IMG/VR virus record: IMGVR_UViG_3300036820_000002
Coordinates: 66,269-130,268 of that record
DNA from: a virus
Length of the DNA stretch: 64,000 bases
Reading direction: 5' to 3' (one strand)
A program made the position numbers and the translations under genes. The notes beneath the pieces were generated by a model that saw only the letters and a list, made by a program, of their open reading frames with translations, had not been told where the DNA came from and did no database searches. Within the stretch, counting starts at the first letter, position 1. Every line of letters starts with the position of its first letter. Positions 48,760-57,427 of the stretch are shown here, piece by piece.

Positions 48760-49986
48760 ATGACCACCTCCCGACAGCGCACCCGGGTCCGCCAGCCCGC
48801 CAGCCCCTCCGTCCTCGGCGGGGCCGCCATCCTCGGCGACATCCGCACCTTTACCGGCAGCATGCTCTACGCCGCCGATGAGATGCTGGACGCCCTCACC
48901 CTGGCCTGCGCGGCCACCCACACCATCGCCAGTTTCACCACCGTCCCCCGCCTGCTGGCCACCTCCGAGGAGGCGGAAAGCGGCAAGACTACCGTCCTGG
49001 ACATCATCACCATGCTGGGCAGCCACGCCTGGGAAGGGGAGAGCAGCCAGCCGGCGCTGCGAGCCGCCTTCCAGCGGCCGGAGCGGCCCGTGGTCGTCAT
49101 CGACGAGATCTCCCAGGTCTTCGGCAAGGGCGGTAACCGGGGCAACGGCACCGAGCTGGCCAAGATCCTGCTCAAGGGATACCGGTGCACCTCCACCTTC
49201 AGCCTCCAGGTCGACGGGGCCGATGATGAGATCAGCTCCTTCTGCTTCGCCGCGTTCGGCGGGCTGAAGAACGCCGTCCCGAAAGACATCCGCAGCCGCT
49301 GCATCGTGTGGAACATGCACCCGGCCCCGGAGAACATCCGGCTCCGCGACACTCTCGACGAGGACACCCTCGCGCTGGCGGAGATCCAGCGGACCCGGCT
49401 GCATCAGTGGGCCCGCACCCACGAGTCCGAGATCAAGGATGCCTTCCGCAACATGCGGGCGCCGCACCGCAAGTTCCGCTCCCGCCGCCGCCAGATCTGG
49501 GGCGCCCTGTTCGCCGTGGCCCAGGTCGCGGGCGGCGCCTGGCCGCAGAAGTGCCTGGCTGCCTTCAAGATGATGGGGCTGGACGCCTCCGACGCGGTCG
49601 TGCTGAGCGCCGAGCAGCGGGTCATCCGGGACGCGGCAGCCTGCTTCGAGCGGTCCGGTGCCGGGCAGATGCTGGGCGCCGACCTCCGCGAGCAGCTGCT
49701 GGAACTCCCTGACGCGAAGCTGTACCGGGCGCTGTCGGAGAACGGGTTCGCCCAGCTGATGTCAGCGGCGCTGGGGTCCAACCAGGCCATGACCGTCGGG
49801 AACCGGCGGGCCAGGGGATGGCACGCAGCCCGCGTGCTCACCCTCTGGGATGAGCTGGAGGAGCAGCTGGAGGCCGTCCAGGCACCCGGCGGCGACGACA
49901 ACCCCTACGAGGGCTTCTTCGACGTGGAGTACATCACGGAAGTCACGCATGTCACAGCGCATCAGAATGGAACGATAGCAGCATGA
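48760..49986 (+). CDS. P-loop NTPase / DUF3631-like replication-associated protein
   Basis: PRLL..SE.ESGKTT, VVIDE, ILLKGY, IRSRCI, W..L.AVA..AGG.WP. Confidence 0.75.
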   Translation: MTTSRQRTRVRQPASPSVLGGAAILGDIRTFTGSMLYAADEMLDALTLACAATHTIASFTTVPRLLATSEEAESGKTTVLDIITMLGSHAWEGESSQPALRAAFQRPERPVVVIDEISQVFGKGGNRGNGTELAKILLKGYRCTSTFSLQVDGADDEISSFCFAAFGGLKNAVPKDIRSRCIVWNMHPAPENIRLRDTLDEDTLALAEIQRTRLHQWARTHESEIKDAFRNMRAPHRKFRSRRRQIWGALFAVAQVAGGAWPQKCLAAFKMMGLDASDAVVLSAEQRVIRDAAACFERSGAGQMLGADLREQLLELPDAKLYRALSENGFAQLMSAALGSNQAMTVGNRRARGWHAARVLTLWDELEEQLEAVQAPGGDDNPYEGFFDVEYITEVTHVTAHQNGTIAA

Positions 49987-50108
49987 ATGCACGGATATCA
50001 CGTACCGACGATCGGTTCCCAGAGAGCCAGAGGATATCACGTGTGCCGGACCACCCCGGTAGATTGTGCAATTCCGGCTCCTGCAGCAGCCGCGTGAGGT
50101 TACCATAC

Positions 50109-50172
50109 GTCAGGGACAGCAGCACCAGACGAGGCCCGTCAGCCATGCATCCCGCCTGCTGCTGTCCCTGAC
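50109..50172 (+). ncRNA. single TIGR-like guide unit
   Basis: 16-bp stem GTCAGGGACAGCAGCA-CCA-gacgaggcc-CGTCAGCCA-tgcatcccg-CC-stem. Confidence 0.75.
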
Positions 50173-50539
50173 CTGAAACGGATAGAGGATATGAGCACCG
50201 GCATTCTCCGCCATGACGGCATCTACTTCCGCCGCTGGATGTGGTGGGCGCCCTGGGGCATCACGGACCCCTGGCGGCCCCGCCTCCTGCGCGGCGGCGA
50301 TGAGTGGTGCAACGACTCGGTCGCGGCCGGGCTGCCGTTCACCGGCCTCCTGGCTATCTCCTGGCGCAGGCGGCTGCGCGCGCTCCCCTGCCGGGACTGC
50401 TGGAGGCTGACCCCGGACTGGCAGCAGGCTGACTACGCGCCCTGCGGCTGGCTCCACGACGGCCGTCTCCGCGACGATGCTCACCACCACGTAGACGGCA
50501 TCTGCGATGACGCCCGGGGATGGCTTGCAGGGGAGCGGG

Positions 50540-50992
50540 ATGGACAGTGAAGACCGCCTCTGCACTCGCTGCGAGGCTCCGCTTCCCGGCACCCGCACCC
50601 TCTACTGCTCCACGACCTGCAAGAGGGCGGTGCAGCACTGGCGCGCGGCAGTCCGCAACGGCTGGCGCCGCACCGGGCTCAGCACCCATACCCCCCGAAA
50701 GCGCCGCATGCTGCTCATCCGGCAGGACGGGCGCTGCGGCATCTGCGGCCAGCCGGTCAGCTGGAACAGCGAACTCAACTGGGACCACATCATCCCCCGC
50801 TCCCACGGCGGGATTAATGCCCTCATCAACCTGCAGCTGGTACACCCCGCGTGCAACCAGCTCAAGGCAGACCGCTGCCCGTACTGCGAAGGAAGAGATA
50901 ATGCCCCCGAGACCGGAAAAGAAGACCGTGATCACCCTGGAAGTCCAGTCCCGGGATCCCGGTGGCGGACCCTGGCGGACCTGGGTCAATGA
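50540..50992 (+). CDS. HNH endonuclease
   Basis: QDGRCGICG..WDHIIPRSHGG...NLQLVHPACNQLK. Confidence 0.88.
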   Translation: MDSEDRLCTRCEAPLPGTRTLYCSTTCKRAVQHWRAAVRNGWRRTGLSTHTPRKRRMLLIRQDGRCGICGQPVSWNSELNWDHIIPRSHGGINALINLQLVHPACNQLKADRCPYCEGRDNAPETGKEDRDHPGSPVPGSRWRTLADLGQ

Positions 50993-51478
50993 GGGCCCGG
51001 AAGGAGATTCCACCGAGCAGGAGGCGCGCTTCGACGCGCAGCTTGCCATGGGCGGCACCCCGCACCTGGAGTACCGGATCGTCCGGATCATCGCGCGGCT
51101 GACCATCGAGACCCTGCCGCTGACGGAGGCTGCCAGTGAGCCTGCGCCGGTTTGACATCGAGACGATCCCGCTGGAGAAGGACGGGGACCGGATGTACTT
51201 CTGCACCCAGCCTGAGCTCCACACGGCCATCGAGGCCCTGCTCAACGGCGAGGGCCTGATCATCTACCGCACTGACAAGGACGCAAGAGAAGGGGCTGAG
51301 TACCGGTGAAATACGTGAAAAGCTGGACCTTCCACGCCATCGGCGACAAGATCCAGGTCATCTTCGAAAACAATACCCAGCAGAAGGACATCACCATGAC
51401 GCCCGCGCAGCTGGAGCGGTTCGCCGATGAGGCGCTGAACCGGGCGCTGGCCGCCCAGGGACGGGAAGGGAGCAGGTC

Positions 51479-51817
51479 ATGATAACACGGAGGAGGCACA
51501 CGGGCACCTCCCCCGCTCAGCGCGGGGCAGCCCTCCTCGACGAGGTGCGCCCTGGCTGGCGGGAGAACCTCACCCGGCCGGTCAACGTCACCAGTATCCG
51601 GGACTGCCCGCTCGGGCAGCTTTACGGCAGCTACGGCGAAGGAATGGTGACCTTGCGAAACCGTCACCACCGGGAAGACGCCCACTTCAGTGACTCCTGC
51701 GGGTTCACCACCGACCGGTCCTGGTACAAGAGCGCAGGTGCGCTGAACCGGGAATGGGCCGGCATCATCAGCGGGCGCCGGTCACTGTGGCAACGGCTGG
51801 CCGGGCGGGCGGCATGA
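51479..51817 (+). CDS. paralog family A member 5
   Basis: RGAALLDEVRPGW..CPLGQLYGSY..CGF..LNREW. Confidence 0.72.
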   Translation: MITRRRHTGTSPAQRGAALLDEVRPGWRENLTRPVNVTSIRDCPLGQLYGSYGEGMVTLRNRHHREDAHFSDSCGFTTDRSWYKSAGALNREWAGIISGRRSLWQRLAGRAA

Positions 51818-52367
51818 CCCCGCTGGCGGCGATGGCCGCGAAGATCAGCTACAAGCCCGGCTGGCAATTCTGGATTGATGACGGCGGCCGGCGTCCCCGG
51901 CTGGTCATCAAGGCATCCGTCCTCCACTCGCGGACACTGGAGCCGATCGCTTTCGAGGTGCGGCGGCTGATCCCGGGTATCGCCCAGGGTAACGCCGCCG
52001 TCTTCGCCAGCTGGGTGAAGGATGTCGTGGAGGAAACGGAGATCCACGAGCTAAGGGAGTTCTTCCGTTATAACGGCGAGCTGGCGGATGACCCGCATGC
52101 CGTTATAAGACAGGATGAAACAGGAGGACAGCCATGACCCCCGCCGGGAAGCTGGCAGGACAAGATGGCTAGGCAGCCGCCGGTACTGGTGAACGTCACC
52201 CGGGCCCCGGGAGCGCCTTTCCAGGGCACCCTGGGATACTGGTGGTACGTTACTCCCGCCGGGTACATCAAGCGCTGGCGGCACCCGGGGCCTCAGCTGA
52301 AGCCTCTCCCCGCTGGCGGCCATAAGTATCATCGGCGCTGTAAGGCACGGAAAAGAAGGAGCAGGAC

Positions 52368-52856
52368 ATGATGAAGAGAATGCTGGCAGCCGCACTAACC
52401 CTCGGAGGGTGCCTGCTGAGCACCACCGCAGCTCAAGCCGCTTTTCCAGGGTACGTCCTGGCATCCACCGGGAGCGTGGTCCTGGCAGGTGCTCACGCGA
52501 AGCCCCTCCTCTGCCTGGCCACACCGGATATCACGAGCGCTGCCGTGACCGTGCGGCCCTGCAGTGACGTTACTGAACAGCAATGGATCCTGGTCCGGAA
52601 CTGGGGGCTGGCTGTCCCGAAAATTCACCTGGACCGTGCGCATCTCGGCATCTGGTACGGGCGCATCATGCTGCTGCCGGGACGCATCGGGGCGGTGTCC
52701 TTCACCCAATACCACGGTAATCAGTGGCTGATTAAGCTCGGCGGCCTGTGCCTGAGCGTTCCTCCGGCCACCAGGTCAGTACTCTGGGAGCGCTGCGGAA
52801 TCCCTGGCGCGAAGCAAATCTGGATAATACGGCCCTGGGAGCTGGTAAAGCTGTGA
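52368..52856 (+). CDS. secreted ricin-B/beta-trefoil-like protein
   Basis: signal peptide; CL..V.VRPC...QQW, GLCL...C....KQIW. Confidence 0.55.
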   Translation: MMKRMLAAALTLGGCLLSTTAAQAAFPGYVLASTGSVVLAGAHAKPLLCLATPDITSAAVTVRPCSDVTEQQWILVRNWGLAVPKIHLDRAHLGIWYGRIMLLPGRIGAVSFTQYHGNQWLIKLGGLCLSVPPATRSVLWERCGIPGAKQIWIIRPWELVKL

Positions 52857-53390
52857 GCGAGTCCGTGAAGCGGCGGCTGCGTGCCGTCAGCGACCAGGAC
52901 AAGGAACAGGTCATCATGCAGCTGCTGACCATCTGGCAGGAGTATCCCTCCCTGCGGCTCGGGCAGCTGATCGCGAACGCCTTCCCGCCGGACATCAGCG
53001 AGCCCCTTGCTTACATCGAGGACTCCGTCCTGATCGCGGGGCTGCAGAGGGTCTACCCGAGGAAGCGGGATTACCCGGAGGGAGCGGAGTAACCGTGGAT
53101 TACCTGGTGACCACCGAGGATGAAAGCGCCGGGCCGCTGGTATTCTCTACCGACGAGGAGCTGGCTGAGGTGCTGCAGAACTACGTGGAGCAGTATCTCC
53201 AGCCGGGATGGACAGGACCCGCGATCACCGGGATCTGGGCTACCGGGGACTCTGGTATGCGCACCGAGCTGGAGCTCGCCGAGATTACCAGGATTCCCGA
53301 GATCGAGCAGATCGAGGTGATCTATGCTTTGCGCAGCAAGGGCAGTATGCTCTGCGAGTATTTCTGGTTCTCCGTGTGGGTGAACCGGTA

Positions 53391-53641
53391 GGATGTACCC
53401 GGCCGGACAATAGCAACACTATGCCCATTGTTGCGGCCCCGGCCGGGTATCCAGTAAAGGAAAAGATATGAGACAGCTGTTCGTCTGGACCGGGCAGGAT
53501 TAAGCTGACCTCCCCGGCTGGCCAAGGAGGCGTCATCACCCCGCACACTCTCGCCGACCGGGGTCGGTCCTGCTGAGCTAACTGCCGGGCCGGCCAAAGC
53601 GGATACGCCGCCCAGGTCATGATCGCCGGCCCGGGCAGTTA
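53391..53641 (+). ncRNA. TIGR-like mini-array, 3 stem-loop units
   Basis: units at 53391, 53507 and 53579; e.g. CCA-aagcggata-CGCCGCCCA-ggtcatgat-CG. Confidence 0.75.
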
Positions 53642-53698
53642 CCTGAAAAGACCCCGGGACAGCACCAAGGCTGTCCCGGATCCTGAAAGGAATGATAA

Positions 53699-54436
53699 GT
53701 GACTGCACCAGAACGCACTGAGACCGGGGGCCCGTCGAGGACCCCGCGCAGTGAGATCACCGCCGTCGTCTCAGCGAACCGCACGAAAGAGCCGGTGGCC
53801 CTGCTGGACCTGTCCACCTCGATGGACTGGGAAGCAGAACAGGGCGGACCGGAATGGGACGGCACCAGCGGGGGCAGGCGCGGCCTGGTCATCGCGGCGC
53901 TCCACGGACTGGTCGCCTCTCTTGAAAACGAGGACAGCGAGGCCGCTGGCGAGCAGGCCGGCGGCAGTGACGACCGGGGGGGCCTGATGGCCCACGGCTT
54001 CGCCAGCGGCCACGTGGAGATCGGTGACCTGAACTCCTCCAACCTGGAGCGGCGGCTGAGTGCCATCCCGTGGGGCGGCACCACCCATATCATGCCTGCG
54101 TGGAAGGCGGCGCTAGCGGACTACGACGAGGAGTTCGGCGACCGCGAGCCTGGTGAGCAGCCGGTAATGCTGGTGCTGGTCATTACCGACGGGGAGGCCG
54201 ACGACTGGGCCGAGTTCGGGCCGGTGCTGGAGACCGCGAACGCCCGCCGCGTCTTCACGGTAGCCGTCGTCGGGCACAGCGACCACCACGATGCCACCGT
54301 CCGCGCCTACCAGCAGGCGGCAGCGCGGAACACCGCGCAGGACGCGTTCGGCAAGACCCACGTCCATGTCGTCAGCTTCGACTCGGTGACGGACCCGGCG
54401 GAGATCGCCGAGGACCTGATCACCTTGATGGGATAA
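53699..54436 (+). CDS. von Willebrand factor A domain protein
   Basis: MIDAS DLSTS, GGTT, LVITDGEADD. Confidence 0.85.
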   Translation: MTAPERTETGGPSRTPRSEITAVVSANRTKEPVALLDLSTSMDWEAEQGGPEWDGTSGGRRGLVIAALHGLVASLENEDSEAAGEQAGGSDDRGGLMAHGFASGHVEIGDLNSSNLERRLSAIPWGGTTHIMPAWKAALADYDEEFGDREPGEQPVMLVLVITDGEADDWAEFGPVLETANARRVFTVAVVGHSDHHDATVRAYQQAAARNTAQDAFGKTHVHVVSFDSVTDPAEIAEDLITLMG

Positions 54437-54439
54437 CAG

Positions 54440-54889
54440 GTGAAGCTGACCAGGACGCAAGCCCAGAGCATGCTCCGAGGCGACGGGACCGTGACGGGCC
54501 TGTCTCTCGAAGCCGACCGGCAGACCGGCTCCGGTCGGTGGGAGAGCATCCACCAGTTGGTGCTCCGGGACAGCCAGGAGCATTACTGGGCGGCCCGCTA
54601 CACCCGGGGCCTCACCGAGTACCAGGACCAGGAGCCGTTCGAGGGCCAGGAAGAGGTGGAGTTCGCCCGGGTGCAGAAGGTACCCGCAGCAGGCTTCGAC
54701 TACACCCCGGAACCCGACGGCAAGGACTGCCGGGTGAACCAGCTGATGACCCTGTCAGCAGCTAAACTCGCCGCCGAGATCAGCCGGGTGCAGGGGCTGC
54801 TGGAGTCCGGGACGCCGTCGCCGGACTACCAGGCCTTCCTGGTCCACGACCTGGCCGACCTGACGCACCTGCTGATAACGGGGAGGTAG
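54440..54889 (+). CDS. phage hypothetical protein
   Basis: GRWES...YTRGLTEYQD..PF motif. Confidence 0.6.
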   Translation: MKLTRTQAQSMLRGDGTVTGLSLEADRQTGSGRWESIHQLVLRDSQEHYWAARYTRGLTEYQDQEPFEGQEEVEFARVQKVPAAGFDYTPEPDGKDCRVNQLMTLSAAKLAAEISRVQGLLESGTPSPDYQAFLVHDLADLTHLLITGR

Positions 54890-54930
54890 ATGATACTCCC
54901 GGCTAGCCACGCCTGCCAGCCGGGCCTGAC

Positions 54931-55250
54931 TGCCCCGTCACCGGAGAGGTCACGGTACCCAAAAGGATGTCGTGGCGGGGCACCGTCTCTCCCGGGCAGC
55001 CGCCTGGCCGGCCATCCACGGTCCCGCACTCCCAGTGACGGCTCACCAGCCAGGTACAGCCCGCCTCCCGGCGGCCAAATGGATCGCGTCGTCCACGATG
55101 AGCTCGCCGCCGGGAGGCGTGACCAGCCCCCCTTATTCCCGCAGGCCATCTCGTTTCCGGCCCCCATGAGGAGCTTGCCTGCGGGATCCACGGATCCCCC
55201 CTTGCGGTCAAGCTACGCTCACTGCCCATAGGTGCGCCGCCGCAAGGGGG
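54931..55250 (+). ncRNA. TIGR-like array, 4 clear + 1 degenerate stem-loop units
   Basis: units at 54931, 55062, 55137 and 55197; e.g. CCA-aatggatcg-CGTCGTCCA-cgatgagct-CG in a 13-bp stem. Confidence 0.85.
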
Positions 55251-55802
55251 TCAGTCCTCGCCGACGACCTCGGCATCCACGATGTCGGGGTTGCCCTCCA
55301 GCATCCTGGTCAGCTCCGCGTTCCTGTTGATCAGGTCAGCCACGTAGGCCTGCCATTCCAGCATCTCCCTGGTCTCATCCACCACCTTGGGCTTGCGGAT
55401 GTGCAGCCCGTAGAGGGCGCTCACCTCATGGATCACCGAGGTCACCGCCTTCGCCGCCTCGATGGTGACGGTGTCATCCAGCACCGGCCGGGAGAAGTCG
55501 GGGCGGCCGTTAGCATCGAGCTCGTAGACGGGCTTGCCGCTGGGGGAGACGCGGACCTGGCGCGGCTGGGTCATCAGGAACAGCAGCTTCTCATCAAGCA
55601 CGTATTCGAGCTTGGCCGCCATCTGCTCGCGCTTCTCGTCGTCAGGGATGGAGTCGCGCTGAGCGTGGTTGATCTGGCTGACCCGGGCAACGGTGATGCC
55701 GTAGGTGTCGGCGATGTCGGCGAGCCGGTCACCGCGCGCGATCCGGGCGGTGATCTCCAGGTCCCTGCGGATCAGGGAGATATCTCTCGAACGTCCGCCC
55801 AC
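55251..55802 (-). CDS. HTH protein, possibly terminase small subunit-like
   Basis: N-terminal HTH LADIADTYGITVARVSQI; SGKPVY..PVLDD..LYGL..P. Confidence 0.6.
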   Translation of the reverse strand: MGGRSRDISLIRRDLEITARIARGDRLADIADTYGITVARVSQINHAQRDSIPDDEKREQMAAKLEYVLDEKLLFLMTQPRQVRVSPSGKPVYELDANGRPDFSRPVLDDTVTIEAAKAVTSVIHEVSALYGLHIRKPKVVDETREMLEWQAYVADLINRNAELTRMLEGNPDIVDAEVVGED

Positions 55803-55914
55803 ACACTCCTAGAACATTTAGCCGGAATAAGCCACCTAAAGGCTATCACGGGGAAAACTGATGATCATCATGCGCCAGCGCGCCGCGTGTGTCAGGATTA
55901 ATCCGGATCACCCC

Positions 55915-55943
55915 TTGACGGGGTACGAACCATGGGGTACGTT
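55915..55943 (+). promoter_or_regulatory. putative promoter of the TIGR-Tas-like operon
   Basis: TTGACG-N17-TACGTT; overlaps a GGGGTACG direct repeat. Confidence 0.6.
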
Positions 55944-55986
55944 TCAGTCCATACGCGAAGAGAATGCTCCGCCGGAAGGGAACCCG

Positions 55987-56502
55987 ATGACCGCCAGCAC
56001 TGACACCGGAGCTGACACTGAGGTGTTCAGCCTCAATCACCTGCTCCGCGAGGTATGGGATGAGCTCGGCGGCGCCGACTACCACATCCTGGCCCACGAG
56101 GTGCTGCACCGGCTCGACCCTGCGCACTACGAGGCCGCCCTCGGGCAGGCCCTGGCCGTCTACACCTCCCGGTTCGTGGGCAGCAAGCGGATGCGCACCC
56201 CGCACCAGGCAGGCCAGCAGAACTCGGGGCGCTCGGCCAAGGTACGGGGCATCCGGACCGCCTCCGCGCAGCTGCGCACCATCTGGTACGCCACCCCCGA
56301 TGGCCAGAAGGCGCTCGGCGACTGCACCCTCTCCGACGTCTTCTACATCGTCGGCGGGCTGGAGCGGCAGGCCCGCCAGCACATGGACAAGGCACGGTGG
56401 CTGCGCGGCCTCGCGGAGGCGATGACCACCCACCCGGTCCGCCGCGTGCAGGACCTCCCCGCCGGTATCATCAGCGGCTTCTTCACCGGGGCCGAGCAGT
56501 GA
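55987..56502 (+). CDS. hypothetical protein upstream of the guide array
   Basis: 171 aa with purine-rich RBS; KALGDCT..D..V.DLP motifs. Confidence 0.7.
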   Translation: MTASTDTGADTEVFSLNHLLREVWDELGGADYHILAHEVLHRLDPAHYEAALGQALAVYTSRFVGSKRMRTPHQAGQQNSGRSAKVRGIRTASAQLRTIWYATPDGQKALGDCTLSDVFYIVGGLERQARQHMDKARWLRGLAEAMTTHPVRRVQDLPAGIISGFFTGAEQ

Positions 56503-56527
56503 CCGCCCGGCCGGGCGGGGCATTCAT

Positions 56528-57427
56528 CCTGCGGGCCAGCGCCTGTTCGCCACTCATCCCGCCTGCGCCCGCAGGCTCCGCTGTTCCCGGCGGCCAGGCT
56601 GTTCCCGGCGGCCAGAGGTGCCACGGCGCTCATGATAGCACCGTCGCCGGGGCTCCCGTCCTGCAGGCCACTGCCTGTCCGCCACTCATCCCCGGCGCGC
56701 TTGCAGGGCTCATCATTCCCGGCAGCCAGATGCCATCCGGCACCCATGCTCCGCCCGCTGCCGGGGGACTCTTCCCGCTTGCGGGGATCTCCTCTTCCGG
56801 TGGCCAGCGCCCGCGCGTCAGCCGTGCCTCCTCCGCCACCGGAAGCCCCATCATCTCGCAGGTCATCTGCCTCACGTCAGCCAGGCGTTCCTCGCCTGCG
56901 GGAACCTTCCGCCCTCGCAGCCAGTCTGCCGCTGAGGTCCTCCCCCGCCCGCAGGCCGATCATTACTCGCCGCCCATCAGTGAGCCGCCTGCGGGCCTTC
57001 ATCCAGACCGCAGCCATCCCCCGGCCGCCGCTCATATAGCCGTCGCTGCGGTTCCCTCACCCCCGCAGGCCGATCCTGACGCGTTCTCCATCCGTGTCGC
57101 CGGCCGGGACCACGCCTTCCCGCAGGTCATGCACTCGTGGCTGCCATCAGGAGCTCTGCTCCCCATTTGCGGCTCGCAGCTGCAGGCCGTCATCCCGGCG
57201 GCCACTGACGTGGCCGCCGTTCATCCAGCCAGTGCTGCCGGGGACCGCCGGCCATCACGCTCCCGTCTCCCGAGATGGCTGCGCCGGAAAGGGAAAAAAG
57301 GAACTACCATGATCACCGCCGAGACTCTCCCCGGGACCCAGCAACCTGGCGTCACCCATAACTATGCCGGTCCCGGGGAGCCGGCAGCCAGTCCTAGCGC
57401 GCCTTCCATGACAGCCCCGCTGCTGGC
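56528..57427 (+). ncRNA. main TIGR-like stem-loop array (about 12 clear + 3 degenerate units)
   Basis: units at 56528, 56604, 56660, 56718, 56794, 56855, 56947, 57007, 57194, 57248, 57327 and 57381, with stem-CCA-N9-CG(N5)CA-N9-CG-stem geometry and minor box variants. Confidence 0.88.

Noticed and set aside
54890-55231. 113-aa ORF
   Set aside because: It is a Pro/Arg-rich translation of the guide units and better explained as non-coding.
56397-57308. N-terminal 300 aa of the 769-aa ORF as real protein
   Set aside because: It is a low-complexity translation of the hairpin array; a good RBS and ATG lie at 57309.
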